Part shown: positions 1-11,887 of the stretch, piece by piece | How the letters are laid out: each line of letters begins with the position of its first letter | Position numbering within the stretch: position 1 is the first letter of the stretch | Source: Bugula neritina | Taxonomy: Eukaryota; Animalia; Bryozoa | DNA: 64,000 nucleotides | Direction of reading: 5' to 3' | Assembly: GCA_964035545.1 (NCBI GenBank) | Contig: OZ037770.1 | Coordinates: 14,498,642 to 14,562,641 of the forward strand | Program-made: the position numbers and the translations under genes | The notes under the pieces: generated by a model | The model's database searches: none | What the model was told of the DNA's origin: nothing | What the model saw: the letters and a program-made list of their open reading frames with translations, nothing else

Positions 1-120
1 TGCTCTATATCTTATAAGTTATTGGTCTATGCTCTATATCTTATATGTTATTGGTCTATGCTCTATATCTTATATGTTATTGGTCTATGCTCTATATCTT
101 ATATGTTATTGGTCTATATC
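1..120. repeat. 29-bp intronic tandem repeat, ~4 copies
   Basis: Unit TGCTCTATATCTTATATGTTATTGGTCTA repeated; runs off the window start. Confidence 0.9.
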
Positions 121-328
121 CTCTCTAAAGCATTTATTATTATCACAGTTGCATCAAGGAAACCACACCCATAAGTTAATGCAAACCGCACCCACAAATT
201 AATCTGTACAAGCATCCATTCGTATAACGCTGCAGTCATGGAAATAAAGTGTATATAACAGTTGTACTGATATTCAACGTGGCACAAAGGCTTGCTTTAG
301 TATTGAGTGTCATGTGCGGTAATTTTAG

Positions 329-1113
329 GGTCAACTGAAAGAAAAGAAAGGTAAATGGAAACTTTTCAAAAGGTGGAAAAAGAGACATTTTACTTTGTCA
401 GGAGACCACATAACTTATCAGAAGACAAGAGTAAGTAAACCACATAACTTACCAGAAGACTAGAGTAAGTCTACTATCTATCTTGTACTTACTTGTGAGT
501 CGCCACAGGCTCTCAACTTGATAGAACTCAGTTATCCTGTTTTACTACTTTTTCTATTGTTGTCTGACTAATAAAAGTCAATTCGGACATGGCCATTGTT
601 GGATTAGAGAGGGAGCAGTCATTTTCTAGGGGTTAGTTCGTTTGCCTAGTAAGCACAAAGTCGTGGGTTCGAGCCCCGACAAAGGCCATCGGTGATGTTT
701 GGAAGAGCATCCAGTCATGATTGTTCCTGTGTCCCATCTAAATAAGTCCTTAGCCCGATTTAACAAAAACCCTTTCTCTTAGCGGTTTTATAGGGATGGT
801 GACTATAAATTTGTGTGAGTTTTCTAATAACTATGTTGGGGCTAATAAATGTCGCTAATAGATACTTGGGCCAATATTTGCTCTCTGGTTACAGAACAAG
901 TTGGAGACACTAAATGTCAGCCATATTGAATCGGTGAGGGCGTGCAGAAAAAAGCCTCGAGACGTCCCGAGGGCCTTTGAAATATTTACAGACGACGGTG
1001 CTAGTTATAAATTCAAGTCAAATGACCATAAAAATGTAGAAAGATGGGTTCAATGCTTGAACCTGGCTCTATCTAAACAGAGAAAGCCGGGCAGATACCA
1101 TACAGTTGGGTGA
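329..1113 (+). CDS. VEPH1: VEPH1/melted homolog, last two coding exons (C-terminal PH domain); 5' part outside window
   Basis: Exons 329-430 (GQLKEKKGKWKLFKRWKKRHFTLSGDHITYQKTR) and 895-1113 (NKLETL...PRAFEIFTDD...WVQCLNLAL...stop) are joined by a phase-0 GT-AG intron. They match the VEPH1/Melted PH-domain signature G.LKEK..W...KRWK.R.FTL.G ... PRAFEIFTD. Confidence 0.9.
612..800 (+). mobile_element. tRNA-derived SINE, degenerate, in VEPH1 intron
   Basis: B-box GGTTCGAGCCC at 666-676, weak A-box upstream, followed by a non-tRNA body containing GGAAGAGCATCCAGTC. Boundaries approximate. Confidence 0.55.
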
Positions 1114-1159
1114 CGTACTGTATGCTATCACATGACGCCTGTTCTCTGATGTCACTTCA

Positions 1160-1470
1160 CTACTCTATGACATCACATGTACTCCTATATTATATGACAT
1201 CATATAACATGTACTCTTGTATTCTATGACATCATATCACATGTACTCTTCTACTCTATGACATCATATCACATGTACTCTTCTACTCTATGACATCATA
1301 TCACATGTACTCTTCTACTCTATGACGTCATATAACATGTGCTCATCTACTCTATGACATCATATAACATGTACTTTTCTACTCTATGACATCATATCGC
1401 ATGTACTCTTCTACTCTATGACATCATATCGCATGTACTCCTCTACTCTATAACATCATACAACATGTTT
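1160..1470. repeat. ~32-bp minisatellite in VEPH1 3' UTR, ~10 copies
   Basis: Unit ACTCTATGACATCATATCACATGTACTCTTCT, starting just after the stop codon. Confidence 0.9.
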
Positions 1471-3415
1471 TTTCTGAGTCACTCACTACTAATCCTATTA
1501 TTTTAATGACTAACATTAGTTTCATATTCCTCTAAATGTCTTTTCCCTAAGTCAACCAAATGTTATGTATTATTTGTGCATTGGATCTAAATTATCTTGA
1601 AATAGTTCTACACTTTGTTTTAGTTTTTATTGCTTTACATGTCTAGAACCAGTCAGATGGTGACTATATTTTTCTATAGCTTAACCTTTCAATTTCTATA
1701 ATAAATATTGCTTGTGGCAATGTCACATTGGAAGCAAGAATGACGCACAGGAAATCGTTAACTATTTCTGCTTTAATTATGCATTTATGGTGGAAAGTTT
1801 TGTATTTGAACTACAAGGTTTTGTTAGATGTATTATGTACTCAAAATATGCTTTGCTACATGATAGAGCTAACATGTATTATATTGCCTCAATATTTTTG
1901 CAGAGCCCTCTCCTTCTTTCTTTGTTAGAGCCAGGAGATTGATTTACTTTTTGTAAATTACTACGTGAAGTTTTTTGCTATCCGTTATTTTGTATTACAG
2001 CATTAAGTACATGTATTTCATCTTCTATAACAATGTTTGTATGTGTATTTACTTTTACTTGTGATGTCTGTTTAATTGTCAATCTAAAGCTTTGACATTT
2101 TCTTTTACATCATCTAAACTGTAAGAAGTGTTGGTTGAATAGCAAATGGCTATGTTGGTAAGCGGCAGAGGTTGATCTGTAATTCAACAGTTCTTGTATT
2201 TAAAATACTAGACTCAGCATGAATACACTGACTCAGACAATTTTAACATTTTGATCTTTCAGGAACTATCAACTACTTAAAACACTAACAACATCAGATT
2301 TGTTTCATTTTCTAGTATTCGCTAGAATTTTGAGTTGGCATGCTAAACACTCTACCACCAGCACTTTAAAAAACTACCAACAAGATAGAGAACTCCCAAA
2401 CAAGGTGTTGGAGATTTAACTCGGAAAGATTGTTGTTACATTCCAGTGAGAGTATTTATCTTTAACTTTTACCAGCTCACTTGAAACGAAGAAACTTTCC
2501 CAAATCAATAGTGCAGGAAACTGAAGTTTATTAATTACTATCAAACTGATGATAATTACAAAATAAAAACACCGTAAGTAATATGAAACTGTGGTAAAGC
2601 AGAAGTATAGCTGTAATATATAATACTGACTGGATAACAGACTACAAAGTAAAGACAGCGCAGGATGGAAACAATCCGCATTGCAACTGTGTCTACCCAA
2701 CATCATAAAATAGGAAAGGACAAAGCTGTCATGGTAACCAGTCTTTAGTCTATATGATTACAACTGATTGTCCATACTAACGCAAAGCAGCGCTGTCGAA
2801 ATAAAACATAAATCATTTAAATACAAGCCCCCAAAAACGGAAAATATTTGTAGTGAAAATAACTTCCTTAATTAAATACTAAAATAATACATTCAGAGTA
2901 TTTTAAAGCTATGCGCCCAAATAGGGGTCATCAATAATTGAGGCAGCAGAAGTGCTGACCTGTTACGTGATATACTTAAGATCTGAGAACCAATGATAGC
3001 ACAGCTTCCATAGATATAAGGAGACAAGCCTATAGAATTGTCTCTCTTTGTGCAGGTAAGAAAAACAAAAACAAAAACTAACAAAACAGGTGCCCATAGA
3101 TTATCTAAAATAACACATTGTGACCAAAACATTGAATAATTATAAATGTTGATAAAAAGAGAGTATATATGAGATAATATAAACAAAGGCCCAGTAAATA
3201 TATACATATAAACAATATTATAGGGGGCGCTACATCAACACAACCCTAGAACAGCTGACTTAACCGTAATAAATCATGGACTTCTATAATTCTCCACACA
3301 AACTGTAGGTTATGTCATGGTCTGACGTAATGAAAACACCTGATTGCTAATTAGAGACTTTTGAACTGTGAACGAGAGAACTAAAGCTTCCCGTGTCTAG
3401 ACCAGAGACTACGTA

Positions 3416-6400
3416 TTAGTGGAGGTCGTCTGCGGAGCTGTCATGGCGCGTCTTCCTCAGACATTCCTGGGAGGAGTCGGTGAGGGAGAGAGACTTGGTG
3501 TTGTTGGCTATAGCCTCGGTTTTCTGGAAGTCTATGGTCGTGTACTGGGTGACGTTAGACCTGTCCACAGTGGGTGCCGATGGGGGCCTCACTACGAGTA
3601 TAGAATACACAGTATTTATAGAATACACAGTATTTATAGAATACACAGTATTTATAGATTATTTATATAGAATATTTAAATAATCCACAAAATATATAGA
3701 ATATTTATAGAATACACAGAATTTATAGAATATCTATATAAAACCCAGTATTTATAGAGTATTTAAATAGAATATTAAAATAATACACAGTATTTATAGA
3801 TTATTTATATAGAATATTTATAGAAAGTACAACACATACATGCTTCAGCTGAAGGGGAGTAGAAAGCTGAGTCATCCTCGTCGTCAGAACACGATATCAT
3901 GTCTGCAGTGGTGCCAGTCTAGAAATTTAAAAAATAACAAAATAAAAAAAAATATATTATATATTTTAATATAATAATTTATATATATATTAATAAATTA
4001 TATAATTATAAAGAGTATAACATATTATTCCATTGAGATGTTTATCTACTGCAAGTTTGCTGAGGTGATGGAGAAATTAGAAAATGCCCTGGATGAGAAA
4101 TATTGCAGGAGTTATGTTCTCATAAGACAGAGAGAAGACAATATTATAGACACAGAGAGATACGAGGGAGTTGCCCTACCATTGGGTGAGAGTTGGGTCT
4201 CCTGTGAATCTGGTTGAGGTCAAGGTCAGCGTAGTTTATCTCTCTGACGGGAGGTCTGCTGCCGTTGCTAGAGCTGCTGCTGGCACCTGAAACAGTCAAG
4301 TAGTTGAGTAGAGTTAAGTACAGTCAAGTAGCCAAGTAGAGTAGGTAACTGAGTCAAGCACAGTCAAGTAGTTGAGTAGAGTCAAGTACAGTTAAGTAGT
4401 TGAGTAGAGTCAAGTACAGTTAAGTAGTTGAGTCAAGTCAAGTACAGTTAAGTAGTTGAGTAGTCAAGTACAGTTAAGTACAGTCAAGTAGTTGAGTAGA
4501 GAGATCAAAGAGACACACCTCTAGAGAGCATTGAGCCATTCTGTGGGCTAGTGGGCGGTACATGTACGGCGCCATTAGTGTTGATGTACTCTTGCTGTAC
4601 CAAGTTGACGGTATTAATGTAAGTATTGCTTGGGTACATCACCTGCCCGTATGCTAGTGTCTCATTCGTCACTCCCCCGTTGATGTACTGCAATATATAA
4701 CATACAGTCACTGTCAGGCAGGTGTATCCAGGTGTCGGCAATCTTCACAGAGTACCTGATTGGTCACTATATAGTAAGAGAGTACCTGATTGGTCACTAT
4801 ATAGTTAGAGAGTACCTGATTGGTTACTTTATAGTAAGAAAGTACCTGATTGGTTGGGGTCATGTAATCTTCAACTATCATATTTGCAGCTGGATTAGTT
4901 GATCGCATCAAGTCGTCGGAGTACCTGTTTGGAGGGGAGTTGAGTGAAACCTCGTGGTGACAGTGCCGCACCCCATCAACTAAAACAGTCAAGTCATCAT
5001 TTCTATATAGTAGCACAAGAATCGCTAGAAGCAGCACAAAGCTGGGGGGTTTCGAGTGCAGTGTTTGTATACACATCAGTGACTGAACTTTAAACTCGAG
5101 ACTCTGCAGTGATAGCAAACTTGCTGCTTCAATCGATTTCTAGTCACACATGCTATAGCGAAACTCTTGGTATTTGAGCAAATGAAAAGGGAGTATAGTA
5201 TAGCATAGTCTGGTGTCCTCACACAATGAACTATATCACAACAACTGAGTAACTTTATAGCTATCAAAGAAGAGAATCAACAACTAGTAGTCTGATATGT
5301 TAACCACCAGTTCCTGCGTTTGTGCACTAAACTTGCTGCTGTATAAATAATAACTATACTGTGCATTGATAATTAATTAATTTCGTGCAGTTGTATCTGG
5401 CTTGCTGGGTAGATCACATGACTGCCTGCATCTGCATTCAATATATTCATCTGACAGTCACGGCTGTTACACGTGACGTAATATCCTGGATAATAACAGC
5501 CACACTGGATAGCTGTGTAACTCACAACTTCGAGGGGGGTTTAGTAACAGACCGTATATGAAAAACTGCCATGAAAACATTTCTCAAATTATAATAAGTT
5601 TTTTTTCCTCACAAGTATTTAGATTTATAATTAATCATAAGCCTAAGATATAAATAAAAACCTATTTCAGGCAACAAATTTTACATCAACTGACCAACGG
5701 TCATAAATGACTGACCAACAGTCATAACTGACTAACAGTCATAACTGACACACACACACACACACACACTGAACTAACACTACATACAAATATGTATGTT
5801 ATGTGGAATAATTGTTTTCTCTGATAACTACAATGTTCCAAGACAGGTCATCATCATTTCCTTCATTAGAATAAGTATGACAGAAATAACAGAGTAAGTG
5901 ACCCCTCCGTTGTGAGATGACAGGCATATAAGCAATGTGTGTGCAATGTATTATCTCCTGCAAGTGCCTGCACAGCCGGCCATATAAAGGCTGCAGTCCG
6001 ATGATTGTTTTGGTGAACGTTGTAGAGTAAGAACTTATGTGACTATGAAATAAAGAATTCCCGCCCTCAACCCAAATAAAACACTTGCGCACGTTTATAG
6101 TCACTATCCCTGTGAGAACCCCTGATGGAAAAGATCTCTTAAAGTGGGCTAAAGACTTATTCATATGTGGCAAAAGAGCAATTCAGACTTGATTCTCTTC
6201 CTAACATCACCACCAGTGTTTGGATTCAGCCGCTCAGCTAAGCAAAAATGCCAAACCAGAAATTATGAACACAAGCCTAGTAAAATCTGTTTCTCTGTAT
6301 CTAACAAATTAAAGGGTGCCCCTATCCGCTACAGTCTACACCAACCACATAATTCCTGAATTGACACTTCATTTTAGGACCCTTAATCTGTGATCTGACA

Positions 6401-8917
6401 ACTTCGCGCATTTAGAAGTTTTGTTGACATACCTTGGATATGCTGTAAAAGTTGTGCTATAAAATCTGAAGTCAAATATTGATTTGCTCACAAAAACCGT
6501 GAAAATTGAGAGGCGATGGGAAAAGTGCCAATGGCTGTAGTTCAATACTTCTTACAACACAACATTTGTATCACTTTTAAAAATATTAGCAACCATAACA
6601 ACAACCAAGCAACAGTAAATAACAAACTGATAGGCGAACATTTCAAGATAGAAGAGTGAACAGAAAAAAGAACAGTTTGGCAAGTGATTACCAAAAAGTT
6701 TGCCTGGCTTACTGAATTCCTCGGTTTCAAAGGATGTATCTATAGAACAGAGTAATTAGTTTACCAGTTGCTAGGGGAATATTCTATCCTAGTACTGCAA
6801 TGTTAGCAACATGAAAGAGAAAAGTTACAAGGATTACAGCTACATACAAAGAACTGCTTAACCATTTCATTTCAAAGACACACTTCCGGGAACATATGCC
6901 TCCTCCCCGCCTCTTTAGCTACTTCCTGTTTAATCCGATAAGCCCGCCCTACCCACAACTTCCTGTTAATCTCCCCCTGAGTCACAGAATACTCACCGTT
7001 ACTCGGCGGACGCTCAGCAAAGGACTTGAGCCTCTCTTTGAAGACGTTGTGAAGCATATCCGCGTGTCTACATTTGAATGCAAACAGGCCGGGACCCGTC
7101 GCGCATCTCCGCCCACTTTCAAACAGAAACGTCTCACTTCCTGTCAAATAAAAACAACTATTTAATGATATTGATAAGCAATGAGGAGGCTTTGTAGCTA
7201 AAGCTTTCACAGTTAGCAACAGATTGACACCGTAACGTTAGACTGGGCTATGCGTTCTCGTTTGTACCACAGTCTTCTCTCTCCCTAACTGCATCTATGT
7301 CCCTTATTGACATGTCCCAGTGTTAACAGAACTATTCTAACACAGGCAGCCCCAGAGCTCTCCCAAAAATAAACAAGGCATATAAGTTCTCTAATATTTT
7401 ACAAAACAAAACTCGCTTAGTGAACATCAACATTAATAGGCGAACATTTCAAGATAGAAAAGAGTAAACAGAAAATAAAGGCTTGGCAAGCGATTACCCA
7501 AAAATTTCATTGGCTTATTGAATCCCTTCTTTTTAGAGTATTCCTCACCTAATGACAGTGTTGCTAGTTGATCAGTTGAAGGGAGAATACTAAGCTAGTA
7601 CTGCTCCCCCAATCACCCCTCCCCCCCCCCACAAAGAGCTGGCACAGAGCCAAGCGACCAGAGCTGTTCAACTAACACACTGCTGTGTATAATATAAGTA
7701 ATTTCATAACATACTGCATTGACACCAGTGAAATAGTGGCATGATTGTAATCTGTCTACAATGTATGTACTAGACAAAAATACTGTCTAAACCAACTCTA
7801 TCCTGCTTGGTAGAAACTGTGAGAGGGACATCAAACTATGATAAAATAACTCAAAATTAGCGAGGGGGGTTAAGCTTGAGTTGCTAGAATTCAGCTAACA
7901 AGCTGCCTGGGTAGAGATATGATACATACCCATTCCGTATCGTCTCAAACATCTGTAAGACCACCTGATTGGCTCACTGTTACTCTGGTAGTGTACCAGC
8001 TCGTCATCAGTTACTTCCAAGATCCCCGACTTCATTTCAAAGTTATTATTCTAAATAACCAATCAGACACACTCTTAGAAATGCTTGACCAATTTAGTTC
8101 GACCATTTACAATATGAATATAACGTAGTCTAACTCTAGACATCGGCAATAAATTGTGCATAAAAACTCCAGTAGTTATTTTAACTAACGGCTACACAAA
8201 GTAGCTAAAAGATCTAACACCTCACACACATAAAACCTTCTCAGTGTATGTAGAGGTTGTGAAGGCATGCTTCAGAATAAGAAAGTTCAAATATAACTAT
8301 CAAGAAAAAAACTTTGATTAGCTTAATTTAAAAATAAAATTAAACTAATATGCTGTGAGTCAAAGCTAAATGAAGGTGTGAAAATGATAATGTCTTATTC
8401 CATACCAAGTCTGCTGAAACCCTGCATGAATAAATAACTCATTGAAATCTATGGGTAAAAGTTGTATATATTTATGCAAGAAAAGGCATCTGCATTTTCC
8501 AGTAGCCAATCAGGCTTCTTTTAAATATCTGGCAGACATTTTCTAACTCACTGTCTATTCCAACAAGAGCTGAATATTCTGAACGGAATTAAACCCCAAT
8601 GGGTCAAAGCTCACTTGTATACATATAATGCATATATTAGAAATTATAATGTAGAAACATGTTGTCTTTATGTTTGACAGATTTGACGCGATATACTGAT
8701 AAAGAGAAAAGCTTCTCCTGATTGGCTGCTGGTTGTAAACATGGCCAGTAAGAACAAGATAAGATACTATCAACAGGATGTGCTCTGATACCATTGTTGT
8801 GAGAGAGGGATCCGCCCACACTTTGAAACGGTTCACGTTATTCTCCGTGATGCCAAGATGGATGACTTCCTCATGAGTAGACACGCACCCTATCTTCTTC
8901 CTTAGCCAGTCCAGCAT
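3416..8917 (-). CDS. FRS2: Fibroblast growth factor receptor substrate (FRS2/FRS3-family IRS-type PTB adaptor), ~341 aa
   Basis: Exons 8917-8822, 8050-7930, 7140-6997, 4979-4846, 4687-4519, 4286-4180, 3918-3840, 3591-3416, all GT-AG and phase-consistent. PTB domain (WSYRCLRRYG...FLFESGRRCATGPGLFAFKC), three YIN Grb2-type motifs, INYADLDL SHP2-type motif, and C-terminal YTTIDFQKT...RKTRHDS typical of FRS2/3. The exon 1/2 junction and exon-4 donor choice are less certain. Confidence 0.88.
3597..3825. repeat. ~21-bp AT-rich intronic tandem repeat
   Basis: Unit ATAGAATACACAGTATTTATA and degenerate variants next to the last FRS2 acceptor. Confidence 0.85.
4292..4500. repeat. Intronic tandem repeat (ACAGTCAAGTAGTTGAGTAGAGTCAAGT-like)
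   Basis: ~28-bp unit with 10-bp sub-repeats filling an FRS2 intron. Confidence 0.85.
4749..4855 (-). repeat. 30-bp tandem repeat carrying four copies of the FRS2 exon-4 splice donor
   Basis: AGTACCTGATTGGT (+) at 4751, 4781, 4811 and 4841, which reads ACCAATCAG|GTACT on the coding strand. Confidence 0.9.
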
Positions 8918-9699
8918 TGTGACTCAATTCTCAGAATAACTGTAGCGATGATACAATCTGTTTAGTCTTTAGCACATAGCAGTTGATTGCTTTATGGTTT
9001 CAACAAAAGTACAAGTAGTGAATACAACTTGTGAACAGTTTGACCTTTAGGTCATTGTTAGACATGAAAAGTATTTTTTAGATTAATTAGTTAAAGAATA
9101 GGGAATTAGAATTTAAATCACAAAATTAAATTTTCCAAAGTAAGTTTATGCATTGACTTATAAAAAAGGAAAACATTTGGAATGGTCAAGCTTATTAAGA
9201 CAAATAAATCCTTTTTTCAGCTTAGTTTCAATTTTATATGCTACTGCAGCAAGAGCAGTATGTATTTCAAATTTTTTCAAACACCTTATTAATTATACGA
9301 ATAAAAACAAAAACTTTCAACCTACAAATTTTTTTTCGCATGTGCAATGCTTAGCGACAGAAAGTCAATAGGCCTAAGTATCAATATTACTATTAGTCTA
9401 ATAGTAGTATTGATACTTACAGTTGAATACATGTATAGAATGATAGCTATAATAATAAAAATAATACACTTTGAATTTATTACAATCATTATCAACATTA
9501 TTATAATTACAAACTACAAAATGTGTAACTAGTGATACATACATGCATAGCCTATAACTATACGTATCCTAAATATCAATCTGATTTTGATTATCATTTT
9601 GATTTTACTCTATATATATAATTTCAACTGCGAGGCCAAGCTTGAGTTTATGATTAACTTATAATGTTATAAAATTAAACAAGTATAACAATACCATTA

Positions 9700-10570
9700 A
9701 CCTATAAGAATAACTTTAAGTTATAGTTATTATAACTATTTTAATTTATCAACTTAAGTATAACTACAACTTAGTTAATAAGTTATAAGTAATAAGGTAT
9801 AAGTTGAGGTGTAAGTGTATGTGTAAGTTGTAAGTATAAATATAATTATAACTTTAACTTATACTTAAACTTGAAGTTAATCTTATAGTTATAAATATAA
9901 TGTAAATATAAGTTATACTTACACAAGTTTACAGTAACAATCTACAAAATTAGTATAACTATAAGTATTAGTATAAGTATAACTTAATATAACAATAACA
10001 TTAAAATTTCACGATTACTATTAGTACTACTATAACACTAACAGTTAATTTTATACTATAACGTGAATGATTAAACTAGAGCTGCAAGTACAAGTACAAC
10101 TAGTACTACGTCTACTGCTAAAACAAAAATCAAAATGGGCGGCTGAACTACAAAGTCAAATGACAGTATGACTTAGACTATCACTATGACTATGAGTATG
10201 AGTACGAGGTGAGTATCACTATGACTATCAGTATCACTATCACTCAATCAGTGAGTATGAGTATAACTACAAGACCAAGTATAACTATAAGTATAACAAT
10301 TAACATTAACTTTAAGTTCAACACTAACAGTAACTGTAAGTGTAACAGTATGAGTAACACTAACTTTAACTTACTCTAACTTTAGTATAACTATAACTAT
10401 AAGTATTAGTATAAGTATAACTATAAGTATAAGCCTAAGCGGTAAGCCTAACTCTAAGCCTAAGGTATTACTATTAGTATTAGTATTACTATACTTAATC
10501 TTATAGTTATAGTATAAGTAATAGTATTACTATTAGTATTAGTATTACTATTAGTATTACTATTAGCATT
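9700..10570. repeat. Degenerate hexamer-periodic low-complexity tract (AGTATA/ACTATC/AACTTT-type units) upstream of FRS2
   Basis: 6-bp periodicity with variable units, interrupted by a short GC-containing island near 10135 (AAAATGGGCGGC). Confidence 0.7.
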
Positions 10571-11402
10571 TAAAATATCTATTGATATTCATAATCATAA
10601 AAAATGTTAATATTATAAAACATTACTAATACCAGTACTAAATGTAACTTTTGTCATAACTCAAAAGAGAGTTTAATAAATCCATGGGGGTAAAAGCAGT
10701 TGCGGCAGTATCTCACGGTCCTTATAATAATCAGCACTGTTTTGTTCTTGTACCATTTATACTTAGTCTTGAATATATATATATTTTTTCTATGGTAATA
10801 AATATAAAAAAATCTGAAGAATAAAAAAATTAATATTTAAATTTGTATTTGTGTAAAATTAAACAATAATTATTAAAACAAAGTTTTGTTAGAGAGTACA
10901 CTCATATAAATGCGTGCATGAAAATATTTAGGAGTTATCTTCTTTCATAAAGATACTTTCACTCGGGCCATCACTATAATAATATAACATGAAAAGGCAT
11001 TTTACCCAAACAGGTCGCCAGCTGTAGAATTTTTCTATTGTTTAATGCCCAATGGACCAACAAAATATTTATTTTTAATAAATGGATGCTTGCATACTTA
11101 AAATATTATTATAGTATTTTAGTGCTTTTATAACAATAAAATTAAAGTAGTATTATAATATATTATTTCATAGCTGAGTAATATATTAATCATTAGGTAA
11201 TTTATTTTACAAATTGTGATTCAAAATTTCATGCTATAGGCGATGAATTGATGAGTAAAAAAATATTCTGAAAGCTGCCAGCAAATAAAATAAAAGTGTG
11301 CAACTTTATATATAGCAGTAAGGCGCCCAAAACTAAAATGAAAGGAAAACAATTATAGCTAGTAAAATCATCATCACCACATAGTATAAATGGTATATAA
11401 AG

Positions 11403-11655
<253 letters not shown>

Positions 11656-11887
11656 GTGGCAAAATAGTGATGAGAATAGGATTGAATGCATGCATAGTTT
11701 GAGATGTAAAGCATATAATGAATAATGGAGAAATAGTAAAATTTATCCCAGCAACATATTATAACCTTTAACTTAATATATAAAAGTCTTCTAGGAAAAT
11801 AAAATGGATGCACATATACATGAAGGGCTTTGGTATTTTCCTGTAATCGCAGTAAAAATCAATGAGTTGAGTTGTTGAAGACTCAAA

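Noticed and set aside
5799-6360. 124-aa minus-strand ORF and neighbouring sequence as a LINE/RT remnant or extra FRS2 exon
   Set aside because: Only vague resemblance to a decayed LINE C-terminus, no RT catalytic motif, and FRS2 splices in frame without it.
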